From: a bacterium
Lineage (GTDB): Bacteria; Bacteroidota; Ignavibacteria; UBA10030
Reading direction: 5' to 3'
Assembly (NCBI GenBank): GCA_043803945.1
Contig: JAZDJN010000054.1
Span: 32,001-96,000, forward strand
DNA length: 64,000 nucleotides
Each line of letters opens with the position of its first letter. Positions within the stretch are counted from its first letter, which is position 1. Made by a program: the position numbers and the translations under genes. Positions 10,301 to 19,066 of this stretch are shown here, in pieces. Under the pieces are notes generated by a model. That model did not search any database, was not told the DNA's origin, and was given only the letters and a program-made list of their open reading frames with translations.

Positions 10301-11045
10301 TTGAGTCACTTACTATGAAGGAAGATCGAGTTTTTATGATCGGTGTCCTAATCATATCTCCCTCATCGAAGTCTCTAAGAAATCTCTCAATTCGAACTTG
10401 CCCGATTGGAGTACAAAATGGATCATATTCATTTGTTCTAAAGCCACATTTTCTACCTAAATCGTTGAATTCATCAAAGGTAAAAGTTACTGAATGTTGA
10501 AGCTGATGGAGTTGTTCTTCTTTTGGAATAACTATTTTATCTGAGTATTGAGCTTGAGTATTTCTGAGAATCCCAGCTTTTTGAGCAATCCGCTCGCTAA
10601 CGGTGAGAATAAAAAGGCATTTTGAATACAGATCTACCGAGATTGCATCAGGTAGTAAGGATTCAGTTGGGTGGAACAATGCATGGAAAAGAAGATCAGC
10701 TGTATGATGCTACGCATCAAAACTTCCTGGAAAAATCCTATATCCTCCACCAAAGAAAACAATCTCTTCACAAAGAGGTTGTTTCGAAGGATCTTCTGCG
10801 CGGGTGAAATATGAGTCTGCTATTTCATTACCGTTGACAAGTTCATCAAGTTCTGCTGGGGAGATTTCCGGTTGATCGTTTTCAACATTCGCGGCGGCCA
10901 GATTGCAAAGAGCATCAATCCGGACGACATGATCGGAGTTCTCTGTATGAATGCGCAACGCCGCCAATTTACACAATAAATCGACAGTATTATAGCCCTC
11001 AATTTCCCCTTTTAGAACTTTAATTGTGTGTTTATTATTATTCAC
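7362..11045 (-). pseudogene. Large (~1227-codon) protein with C-terminal PD-(D/E)XK-like nuclease domain, interrupted by one in-frame TAG at 10710-10712
   Basis: ORFs 10710..11045 and 7362..10679 share a frame (..SFDA*HHTADLLFHALFHP..); C-terminal GDIDVIV..IIECKD..KHLRRVEW. Confidence 0.65.
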
Positions 11046-11073
11046 CGCTATCAGTACGAAATAATTTCAAGTT

Positions 11074-11651
11074 CTATCCAGTGAACCTCTTCGCCAAATA
11101 AATCAACGTGTTAATCTCGTTTTCGCTAAACAGCTTCGCCACCGCATTATTCATATCAAGCATACATTTTACCTGTTCGATACTTTACCTTTGGCTCCTC
11201 AGCGCCAAAGCCAATTCGCCGCTTATAGGGCATATGCTTGGAATGCCTTCCTCTCTTTAAGGTACCAAATTGGTACCTTAGAGTCGAATACTCTTCCACT
11301 GTGAGAACAAACATGAAGTCGCCCGGAAAACGATCACGGTTTCTGTTCACAGCCCGTTTGAGAGCTTTAGTCTCTACCTCATATAAATCGGCAAGGTCGG
11401 TATCCAGAATTACCTTTTGTCCTCGAATCAGTAGAATTCTCCGCTCGATAACTTCCGGCACCAATTCGACCCGTTTCAATAGCCTCTCCTTTTTCATTAT
11501 CTATGCTGCCAATCTCTTTGCTAATTCAATTAACTCTTCTATCTCACTCTCCCCAAACAACTTCTCCACCGCGTTATTCATCTCACGCTTTCATTATACC
11601 AGTTCGATATTTTACCTTTGGCTCTTCAACGCCAAAACCAATGCGCCGCTT
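11074..11651 (-). repeat. Imperfect direct repeat 11074..11224 / 11501..11651 encoding an ORF6N tail and a probable HsdR tail
   Basis: KRRIGFG(A/V)EEPKVKYRTG followed by MNNAV(A/E)KLF(S/G)E.EI..LI.LAKR..*; period 427 bp. Confidence 0.85.
11156..11497 (-). pseudogene. ORF6N (KilA-N-like) DNA-binding protein with internal deletion
   Basis: IRGQKVILDTDLADLYEVETKALKRAVNRNRDRFPGDFMF; jumps from MPY directly to KRRIGF, lacking the usual AFTEQGVAML segment. Confidence 0.75.
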
Positions 11652-11671
11652 GGGAGAGGTGGGTGGAGCCA

Positions 11672-12982
11672 TCAATTGTCAAATAGTTTCTCAGCCAAAG
11701 GCTGATCCGCCAAACAGATGGCGGACAGGTGCGCCGGTGCAAGGGCTTCCTTCGTTTCATCAATCGAGGCAAGCGTTCTCGACACCCAGAAATCGTTAAA
11801 GATTGTTACGAGCACCGGTATCTGCCCTGTCGTTCCCTCTTCCTGAGCCGGCAGCATATTGAAGTGCTCGAAATTCTCCCAGTAGTCGACAATAAGGAAC
11901 TCTTCCTTTTCCTCTTCTGTCATATTCGCGCCTTTGATTCCCTGGCGCTGGAACTTTGTCTGTGCGGCATACACGTTTTTATCAACGAGATATTTCTCCT
12001 CGACTGCCTTATCAAACGTATAAAGGAAGGTGGGAATCTTATCGTGACAATCGAAAAACTTAAACGTGTCCCGCTCAATGAACTCCGCGGGTGTGGCTGT
12101 CAATCCGATCTGCACACCATCGAAGTATGCCAGGACATCTGTGAATTTGTTGTAAATGGAGCGGTGACATTCGTCTGTTATAATCAAATCGAAATCGGCC
12201 GGAGTGAACTTATCGTAACATAACTCGAGTGTCTGGAGTGTGGAGACACAGATGCGTTTCCGTTTCGCATCCTCAAGATCGTAGGTGCGAATGCGGGCTC
12301 GTGACTCGTTGGGGAGGAACACCTTGAATCCATCTGTCAATGCTTGTTCTACGAGTGCATCCCGGTCGGCAAGGAACAGAATCCTCTGAGCTTGATGCGT
12401 CTTCAGAAACAGATCGATCAACGCCATTATCGTGCGGGTCTTTCCTGTTCCCGTTGCCATCACGAGAAGCGCTTTCCGCTTCTTCTTGGTTTCTATTGTT
12501 TCGGAGATCCTTCGAATCGCCTCTACCTGGTAGGAGCGGTTAACAATTGTTGCATCGATCTGGATACTGTTGAGGGGCTTCTTGTTTTGTTTCAGGAAGA
12601 GGAGGCGCTCAAGATTTTCCCGTGAGAAAAATCCAGCCACCTGCCGTGCGGCCGCTGCCTCGCTATCCCAGAAGAAGATATCTTCTCCATTTGCCATGAA
12701 TCCGAATGGGCGGAAGCTTTGTTTCTTTTCGATTCCTTGCAGGTACTCCAGGATCTGCTGTTTGCCGACACGTGCATCTCGGCTCGTTCGTTTTGCCTCG
12801 ACAACAGCGAGTACCTCACCGTTTGTGCGATAGAGACAATAATCGGTGAACCCTTCCTGAGGAGATGCATCGTAACCTGCAACGGGGATTTCGAATGCGA
12901 CCTGTGTGCGGTCGGAGATATTCCATTCGACTTTCCTGATCTGCGGGTCTATAATGTTGTACCGAGTCTGTGCTTCGCTTAT
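11672..12982 (-). pseudogene. hsdR: Type I RM restriction subunit (EcoEI/EcoAI-like), internally deleted
   Basis: VVEAKR nuclease motif, MATGTGKT, DECH, GLTATP; helicase C-terminal motifs absent; likely start reads ATA-AGC-GAA-GCA. Confidence 0.8.
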
Positions 12983-13035
12983 TCTATAACGATTTGTACT
13001 CAGGCTACACCCCAATGAGCAGTGAATGATATAAA

Positions 13036-13307
13036 CACGTTACGCAAAATGGATTGATCATCGATTAAGAGAGTTTTATTTCTTGGTATACTTAATCCTC
13101 CCATATGGGGTTGTCCAATGTGTAGGACGAGTTGTCCGACTTTTAGTCGAGCTAACTCGTCCACATTCCTGAAAATTTTAGGATTTATATGTGTCACGGT
13201 ATGGACCGTGACACCCACGCGATCCTTTTAGACACCCCGAAAGGAGAGGTCAGATGCAAGATCTACCGCTTTAATCAAGCAGTTCGTTCTTTCTGCGTAA
13301 CATCAGT
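13036..13307. mobile_element. Nested non-autonomous element, copy 2 (inner MITE 13107..13238)
   Basis: GTTACGC..GCGTAAC outer ends; GGGGTTGTCCAA/TTTAGACACCCC inner ends; cores GTAGGACGAGTT..AACTCGTCCAC and GTGTCACGGTATGGACCGTGACAC. Confidence 0.7.
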
Positions 13308-13589
13308 GATTAAAACACAACGACGAGAAAGAGCTCTTAAAATCTAATATTCCTTTGTGTCGTTGTGGTTCAATTCTTTTGTGTATTTACAAATGAAAAA
13401 ACCCGCCTGACGTTTGCTGTTCTCACGCCCCACGGGTTCATTGTTGCTGGTTTCACTCTCCTCTGTTCAGCAAGTTGTATTAAATCTACCTTTCTACGAG
13501 TTTAAAAGCAATCATTCTAAAAGCGATGTCTATAGGGACTTCGTTTGATTTTCTCTACAAAATCAGCTACACTTTTATGGAAAAACGAT

Positions 13590-13708
13590 AGCCACTAAGA
13601 CACGCCTGCCCGCCGCAAAGATTCTTTCAGGTAGGCGGGAAGTCACTAAGAATTTCTGTAAATATAAAAATACTCATGATTCTTCGTGCATTGGGGACTT
13701 AGTGGCAA
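13590..13708. repeat. 9-mer-periodic inverted repeat (GCCACTAAG..CTTAGTGGC) with an internal CCTGCCCGCC..GGCGGG insert
   Basis: Terminal inverted repeats visible in the sequence. Confidence 0.55.
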
Positions 13709-13764
13709 TTATGTTATCGAGGACCGTTTATCTCTATCGTTGAAGAAAAGGATCATGCTGGTCA

Positions 13765-14997
13765 ATGCTTAGTCAACGCAGGTTATACCGAACTATCGAG
13801 AGTTTTGCTTCGGAACATTTTAAAACCGATAAAGAGCTTCTGAAGCATGTGCTCAATGAGATTGTCAAGGATGAACAGATCACGATTAAAGGCGGGCGCA
13901 TCTGGGAATATGAACCGGAGAGCGAATCCTACCGATTGATCCATCAAATCGGCGTTATCGACAAGCTCGAACAAGACTACCGAATACAGGTCTCCCGCTA
14001 TCCGCTCTTCCACCGGCTGGTCGAACATCGTTCCATCATTGCCAATGAGACCGACTCCTATCTGCGGAAAGCCGGCATAATAAAATTTTCAGCAACCGGT
14101 GTAGGGGAGAAGATGCAATGGAAAAAAGGGCTGGTCTTTCAATACATCCTTGCCTTTAATTCCGATTCGATGGAAGACTCACTGCTTTCCGATTTAAATA
14201 TTATCGGCCTTGCGGTGACATCCGCGATGAAGGGCAGGAAGATCGAACGTAAAGCGCATTTGCTTGAAAAAGATATCGACAAGGCGCGTGAAATCCAGCA
14301 GAGCATCCTTCCCCAGCATGCCCACAACTTCCACCACTTTGAGATCTACGGTATCTCCATCCCCGACAGAATTGTCGGAGGTGATTTCTTTGATTACCTC
14401 CAGGCAGATGGCGAACCAGATCGGTTGAGTGTGGTCATCGGGGATGCTGCAAGCAAGGGATTCCGCGCCGCCGCGCAGGCGTTGTATGTTGCCGGTGCAT
14501 TGCGGATGGGAATATCCTACCATACGAAAATCGGCCTGTTGATGTCCAATCTTAACCGGTTGGTGAATAAAACGTTTTCTGAAGAACAATTTGTAACAAT
14601 GTTCTATGCGGATCTCTCCAACGACAAGAAGGGACTGGTCCTCTACGCCAATGCGGGTCACAACAGCCCATTCGTGTTCCATGCCGATGACAAATCGGTG
14701 GAGCTGCTTGAGGCAACCGGACAAATTCTGGGGCCATTTCCGCAACGCGGATACAGGGTAGAACACACTCACCTGCTTCCGGGAGATGTGCTTGTGATGT
14801 ACACGGACGGTGTCAGTGAAGCAATGGGGCCGGGCGGGCAATACGGCGAAGAGCGTGTCATTCATGTTACGCAAGAGGCGTATAAGCAGAGTGCAAAAGA
14901 AATCTGTCAAAGGATTGTTGAAGATGTAACAAAATTCTCAGCTGGATCCACCGATGCCGATGACCAAACTGTTGTGGTCATTAAGCGTATGGGATAA
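13765..14997 (+). CDS. PP2C/SpoIIE (RsbU-like) serine phosphatase with GAF-like N-terminus
   Basis: AREIQQSILP, VGGDFFD, IGDAASKG, NAGHN, YTDGVSEA, DDQT. Confidence 0.9.
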   Translation: MLSQRRLYRTIESFASEHFKTDKELLKHVLNEIVKDEQITIKGGRIWEYEPESESYRLIHQIGVIDKLEQDYRIQVSRYPLFHRLVEHRSIIANETDSYLRKAGIIKFSATGVGEKMQWKKGLVFQYILAFNSDSMEDSLLSDLNIIGLAVTSAMKGRKIERKAHLLEKDIDKAREIQQSILPQHAHNFHHFEIYGISIPDRIVGGDFFDYLQADGEPDRLSVVIGDAASKGFRAAAQALYVAGALRMGISYHTKIGLLMSNLNRLVNKTFSEEQFVTMFYADLSNDKKGLVLYANAGHNSPFVFHADDKSVELLEATGQILGPFPQRGYRVEHTHLLPGDVLVMYTDGVSEAMGPGGQYGEERVIHVTQEAYKQSAKEICQRIVEDVTKFSAGSTDADDQTVVVIKRMG

Positions 14998-15035
14998 AGA
15001 GGAACTGATAATCGTTTATTTTGGAGGAAGAGGTA

Positions 15036-16643
15036 ATGACTGATCAAAAAAAAGTTGGTGTTGTGACACAGGTGAATAGCGGATCGTTAACTGTCATTCT
15101 CGATACGACCGTCACAACGCTTGTCCGTGAGTTGAGCGGGAAAATTTATTATATCGGCCAGATCGGAACGTACTACCTGATTCCGGTAAACAAGCTGCTT
15201 ATTGTGACCATGGTCTCGGATATCCGCAAAGCAGAAAATGTGGAAAATGGGAAATCGTCGCAGCGTTATCTTATGACACTTAATCTTGTTGGAACGGTAA
15301 AAGCCGGCCGTTATGAACGTGGAGTTTCATTTATTCCACCCGTTGATTCACCCGTCTTCATTGCAGAGGATGCCGATCTGACCGCTGTCTTTTCAATCTT
15401 CAGGAAGTTTGGTTTTTCAGTTGGACAGCTCTCCTTGTTTGAGCGTGAGCGTGCATTCCTGGATCCGAACAAATTTTTTGGGAAACACCTTGCCGTACTC
15501 GGATCGAGCAGTGCAGGAAAATCGTGCACGGTTGCATCAATCCTGCAAAAAGTTGCCTTCTATCCGGATGCGAATATCATCATCCTCGATATTCATAATG
15601 AGTACAGTACGGCCTTCCCCGATGTCAGCAAGCATCTCAACATTGCGGAGCTGGAAATGCCCTTCTGGCTGATGAACCTTGAAGAAATGCGAGAGACGTT
15701 CATTGACGATCGTGATGAAAATGCATCAAGCCAGTTAACAGTCTTCAAAGACCTTATTATGATGTCGAAGAAAGCCAAGAATCCGCAGCTTGCCGAGGTC
15801 TTGACGATCGATACGCCGGCATATTTCGATCTCGCTGAAGTCCGTGCGAAGATGCAATATCTGGATACGGAAAGAATCTCCGGTGCGAGCTCAGGTGGTG
15901 CAAAGGAGGGCCCGTTCTATGGCAAGTTTGCCCGATTTCTTGTCCGGCTCGATAGCCGCCTGAACGATCCCCGCTATGCCTTTATGTTCAAGCCCAAAAA
16001 CTATATCCAGTCTTCTTCCCTTAAAGAATTGCTGAGTGAAATCTTTGGTGCCGAGGGAAGCGCTCAAGTTACCATTATGGATATGAGCGGTATCCCATTC
16101 GATATTGTGAATACCATCGTTTCGCTGGTTGCCCGGATGGCATTCGATTTCAACTTCTGGAATAACAACCGCCGGGATTTTCCAATTCTTCTTGTTTTTG
16201 AGGAGGCGCACAACTATTTGCCATCCAGCGGTATCGCCGGCGCTGCACGGAAAACCGTTGAACGTATTGCGAAAGAGGGACGTAAGTACGGAGTGAGTTG
16301 TATGATTGTCAGCCAACGGCCTGCCGAAGTCTCTGAGACGATTATTTCTCAGTGTAACAACTTTGTCATCCTTCGCCTCACGAACCCGATCGATCAGAAC
16401 TATGTGCGTAAACTGATGTCGGATACCTTCTCAGGCTTAATCGATACACTTCCTTCACTCAGGCAGGGCGAGGCATTGATTGTAGGTGAAGCGATTCCGA
16501 TGCCGCTTCGGGTTCAGATAGATTTTCCAAATCCCGAGCCTGCAAGCGCCGACATCAAGTTCTTCGACAAGTGGAAGCAGAGTGATAATAAGACGATCGT
16601 GCCCGATGTCGTTGAGAGGTGGTGGAGACAGATCAGGCATTGA
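15036..16643 (+). CDS. HerA/FtsK-family ATPase (DUF87) with N-terminal HAS barrel
   Basis: GKHLAVLGSSSAGKS Walker A, EEAH Walker B, ERIAKEGRKYG, VSQRPAEVSETIISQCNN. Confidence 0.85.
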   Translation: MTDQKKVGVVTQVNSGSLTVILDTTVTTLVRELSGKIYYIGQIGTYYLIPVNKLLIVTMVSDIRKAENVENGKSSQRYLMTLNLVGTVKAGRYERGVSFIPPVDSPVFIAEDADLTAVFSIFRKFGFSVGQLSLFERERAFLDPNKFFGKHLAVLGSSSAGKSCTVASILQKVAFYPDANIIILDIHNEYSTAFPDVSKHLNIAELEMPFWLMNLEEMRETFIDDRDENASSQLTVFKDLIMMSKKAKNPQLAEVLTIDTPAYFDLAEVRAKMQYLDTERISGASSGGAKEGPFYGKFARFLVRLDSRLNDPRYAFMFKPKNYIQSSSLKELLSEIFGAEGSAQVTIMDMSGIPFDIVNTIVSLVARMAFDFNFWNNNRRDFPILLVFEEAHNYLPSSGIAGAARKTVERIAKEGRKYGVSCMIVSQRPAEVSETIISQCNNFVILRLTNPIDQNYVRKLMSDTFSGLIDTLPSLRQGEALIVGEAIPMPLRVQIDFPNPEPASADIKFFDKWKQSDNKTIVPDVVERWWRQIRH

Positions 16644-16668
16644 TAATTGTCGAGACATTGTTATGCGT

Positions 16669-16700
16669 GAAAAGGTGTGCCGATGGTACACCTTTTTTTG
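16669..16700 (+). terminator. Intrinsic terminator after the HerA gene
   Basis: AAAAGGTGTGCC-GAT-GGTACACCTTTTTTT. Confidence 0.7.
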
Positions 16701-16711
16701 TGGTGATCTTT

Positions 16712-17018
16712 TCACTGTTCCCCGAGTGCCGTTGTCGGCCTGCCCGCCGCAGCCATGCGCAGGCGGGGGATCTATCATGCAGTGGAGTGTGGTTCCGTGT
16801 AGCAGATCCCAAACTGAAGCATTTTGGGATCACTGGTTATTTCCTGTTATCTCCTCAACCCTCAGTGATCCCCGAATGCTTTTATCGGGGATCTGTCATG
16901 CGTGGAGTATAGTTCCGCGTAGTAGATCCCAAACTGAGGCCCGCCTTCGCACTTCGTGTTTCCGCCTGCTCTGAAGCTCCGGCGGACGGGTCGGCGGGCA
17001 AGCATTTTGGGATCACTG
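16712..17018. repeat. Tandem pair of REP-like units (GATCCCAAA..TTTGGGATCACTG) with nested GC-rich hairpin inserts
   Basis: Units at ~16712..16838 and ~16862..17018. Confidence 0.7.
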
Positions 17019-17102
17019 TATTTGCGTGTTGATGTCCATCATTAGCGGGAACACCATGAGCGAAACGGACGTTATTCTTTTATAGAGAAGAACAAGCTCA
17101 GG

Positions 17103-17489
17103 CTATAGGGCATCGATTACACGATGCAGCCTTCTGTTAACCTCATCCGCGATGACTCCTATATGCGGGTTCTCAAGGATTTTTGTCATGATCATCGGAT
17201 CGAACGCAGCGACAACCGTTTGCTCCTCTTTTTCATAGACGATGACGTTACAAGGGAGCAAGAGTCCAACCTCTTCTTCGGCAAGCAGCGCTTTATGGGC
17301 GAAGGGAGGATTGCATGCACCGAGAATGACATACTTCTTAAAGTCGACATTCAATTTTTTCTTGAGAGTCTCTTTGACATCGATTGTCGTTAGTACTCCG
17401 AATCCCTCTTTCTTCAATTCCTCGGTGACCCGTTCGATTGCTTCTTCGTACGTCATAGAAACAGTTTTTGAGAAGCCGTATTTCATCAT
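17103..17489 (-). CDS. DUF302 domain protein
   Basis: LKKEGFGVLTTIDV..YVILGACNP..GLLLPCNVIV. Confidence 0.9.
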   Translation of the reverse strand: MMKYGFSKTVSMTYEEAIERVTEELKKEGFGVLTTIDVKETLKKKLNVDFKKYVILGACNPPFAHKALLAEEEVGLLLPCNVIVYEKEEQTVVAAFDPMIMTKILENPHIGVIADEVNRRLHRVIDAL

Positions 17490-17556
17490 TCCCCCTTTTG
17501 AAAGTTCCATTCCGCAATTCCTCCTCCCATATGTGCCATCTTGAATCCAAATTTCT

Positions 17557-17790
17557 TTAATTCAAACCGCAAGCACCACCGCAGCATTCACCGCCCGTTT
17601 CACAAGGAGGCGCTGAAGGGTAATTTGAGGAGGATGAACCGGACATTGAAACCGATGCAGCCGATATCAGTTTTTTATGCTGAGTAGATCCGCAACTCGG
17701 GCAGATCACATCTTCGATTACTTCTTTTGTTTTATGATATACGTCGTACGTCCCTCCGCAATCCACACAGCGATAATCGTAAATGGGCAT
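17557..17790 (-). CDS. FmdB-family zinc-ribbon protein
   Basis: MPIYDYRCxxC..CPxCGS and Cys-rich tail. Confidence 0.85.
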   Translation of the reverse strand: MPIYDYRCVDCGGTYDVYHKTKEVIEDVICPSCGSTQHKKLISAASVSMSGSSSSNYPSAPPCETGGECCGGACGLN

Positions 17791-17849
17791 TCTATTCTCC
17801 TATAAGTGTTTTGCAAAAATATTGATAAAACTGTCAACTCCAGTTTATG

Positions 17850-17990
17850 TGGAAAAATCAAAAATGAAAAATCAAAATGACAACGGAAAATGAAGATATC
17901 GAAAGAGTAGCATAATTCACATATGAGTTCTTCATCATTTTGATTTTTACATTGTTATTTTGCTCTTTTCACTCTAATTCTTGATTTAAG
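17850..17990. repeat. AT-rich 7-mer-periodic inverted repeat (AAAATCA.../...TGATTTT)
   Basis: Purine-rich left arm and complementary right arm. Confidence 0.5.
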
Positions 17991-18039
17991 ATATTTTACC
18001 TTGTGAAGATGTGATGCAGTAAATCTCAAAACGATTCAT

Positions 18040-18864
18040 CTACAATCCTGCGGCATCCCAAAGATTTCTGGTGTCGATTATGAGCTTTGCTATCTTTTGG
18101 CACACCTTCTTAAAATATTCATCTGCTTTTCCCTGATCGAATTTTACATACCCCTGCTTTTCTTTGTAGAGCATAATCGATGTCGGTGAAGGATATGCAG
18201 TATAGCTGCCGCTTGGAGGCAGGGGCGCTGCAAGATTATCCGAGTACAGCTCTTTTTTCACCAGTTTGGGATTGACAGCCTGAATAAATGCATTTTCATT
18301 CCAGCCGGCATGGCCGCCATCCTCACCAAAGACAGAGATCGTCACATCCGAGGTGTATGTCCACCAGTTTATGACGAGGGTCCGTACTTTCTTTTCCTGA
18401 CCCACTTCTGTCGCAACCTGGCTGAGCACAGTGGATTGGATACCGCCGTGGCCGTTCACCACAATGATATTTTTGAATCCCATCTTTGCCATCCCTGATA
18501 TGACATCCTTCAGATAGGCACGGTAGGCCGGCTCGGAAATTGCGAAAGAGCCGGGATATGCATCGAGGCTTCCGGTAATACCATAGGGGACGACAGGAGC
18601 GACGAGGGCATTCACCTCTGCGGCGATTGTTTGCGCGATTGCCTGAGGAGCAATAATATCGGCTCCATTGTTGATAACGCCGTGTGCTTCAAGTGTGCCG
18701 GTCGGAAGAATCACCGTGCTGATCCTGGAAGGTACGAGCTGCCGGATTTCCATCCAATTCAAGTCGCTCAGTTCGCGAGAAGGTACTGTCTCCTTTGCTT
18801 GTGCAAAGAGTACCAATGGAAACAGCACAAATACAATCAATTGTATCATTCGTCTCTTCATCAT
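18040..18864 (-). CDS. Creatininase-family amidohydrolase with signal peptide
   Basis: LPTGTLEAHG, VNGHGG, GHAG.NE; hydrophobic N-terminus ending LFAQA; AAGGAG RBS. Confidence 0.85.
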   Translation of the reverse strand: MMKRRMIQLIVFVLFPLVLFAQAKETVPSRELSDLNWMEIRQLVPSRISTVILPTGTLEAHGVINNGADIIAPQAIAQTIAAEVNALVAPVVPYGITGSLDAYPGSFAISEPAYRAYLKDVISGMAKMGFKNIIVVNGHGGIQSTVLSQVATEVGQEKKVRTLVINWWTYTSDVTISVFGEDGGHAGWNENAFIQAVNPKLVKKELYSDNLAAPLPPSGSYTAYPSPTSIMLYKEKQGYVKFDQGKADEYFKKVCQKIAKLIIDTRNLWDAAGL

Positions 18865-19066
18865 GAACTCCTTGAAATGTCGATACTCTCTCTGCATTAA
18901 GAAAACCAGATAATAGGACACAGATGACACAAGAAAACCACTGATCATCACAGATAATATTTTAAGAAGATTATTGAGGGTATTCATTACTCAGAATAAT
19001 AAGGGTGTTGTGTCGATCTTGTATTTTTCAGTGTCATCAGTGTTCAAATATTTTCTCACTGAGCAG

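Noticed and set aside
10710-10712. Pyrrolysine or recoded TAG
   Set aside because: TAG ends ordinary genes here (e.g. 499, ald, DUF302), no pyl genes are seen, and neighbouring genes are decayed. A nonsense mutation or base error is simpler.
13000-13218. 72-aa ORF
   Set aside because: Lies almost entirely within the nested repeat element.
14194-14910. Long antisense ORFs (also 23033..23710, 5375..5971, 5943..6569, 31644..32210)
   Set aside because: Antisense shadows of conserved genes with no recognisable motifs.
16712-17018. CRISPR array
   Set aside because: Only two long palindromic units, no regular repeat-spacer period and no cas genes.
18865-18987. N-terminal extension of the creatininase
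   Set aside because: Overlaps a 9-mer repeat arm, and there is a good RBS at 18864.
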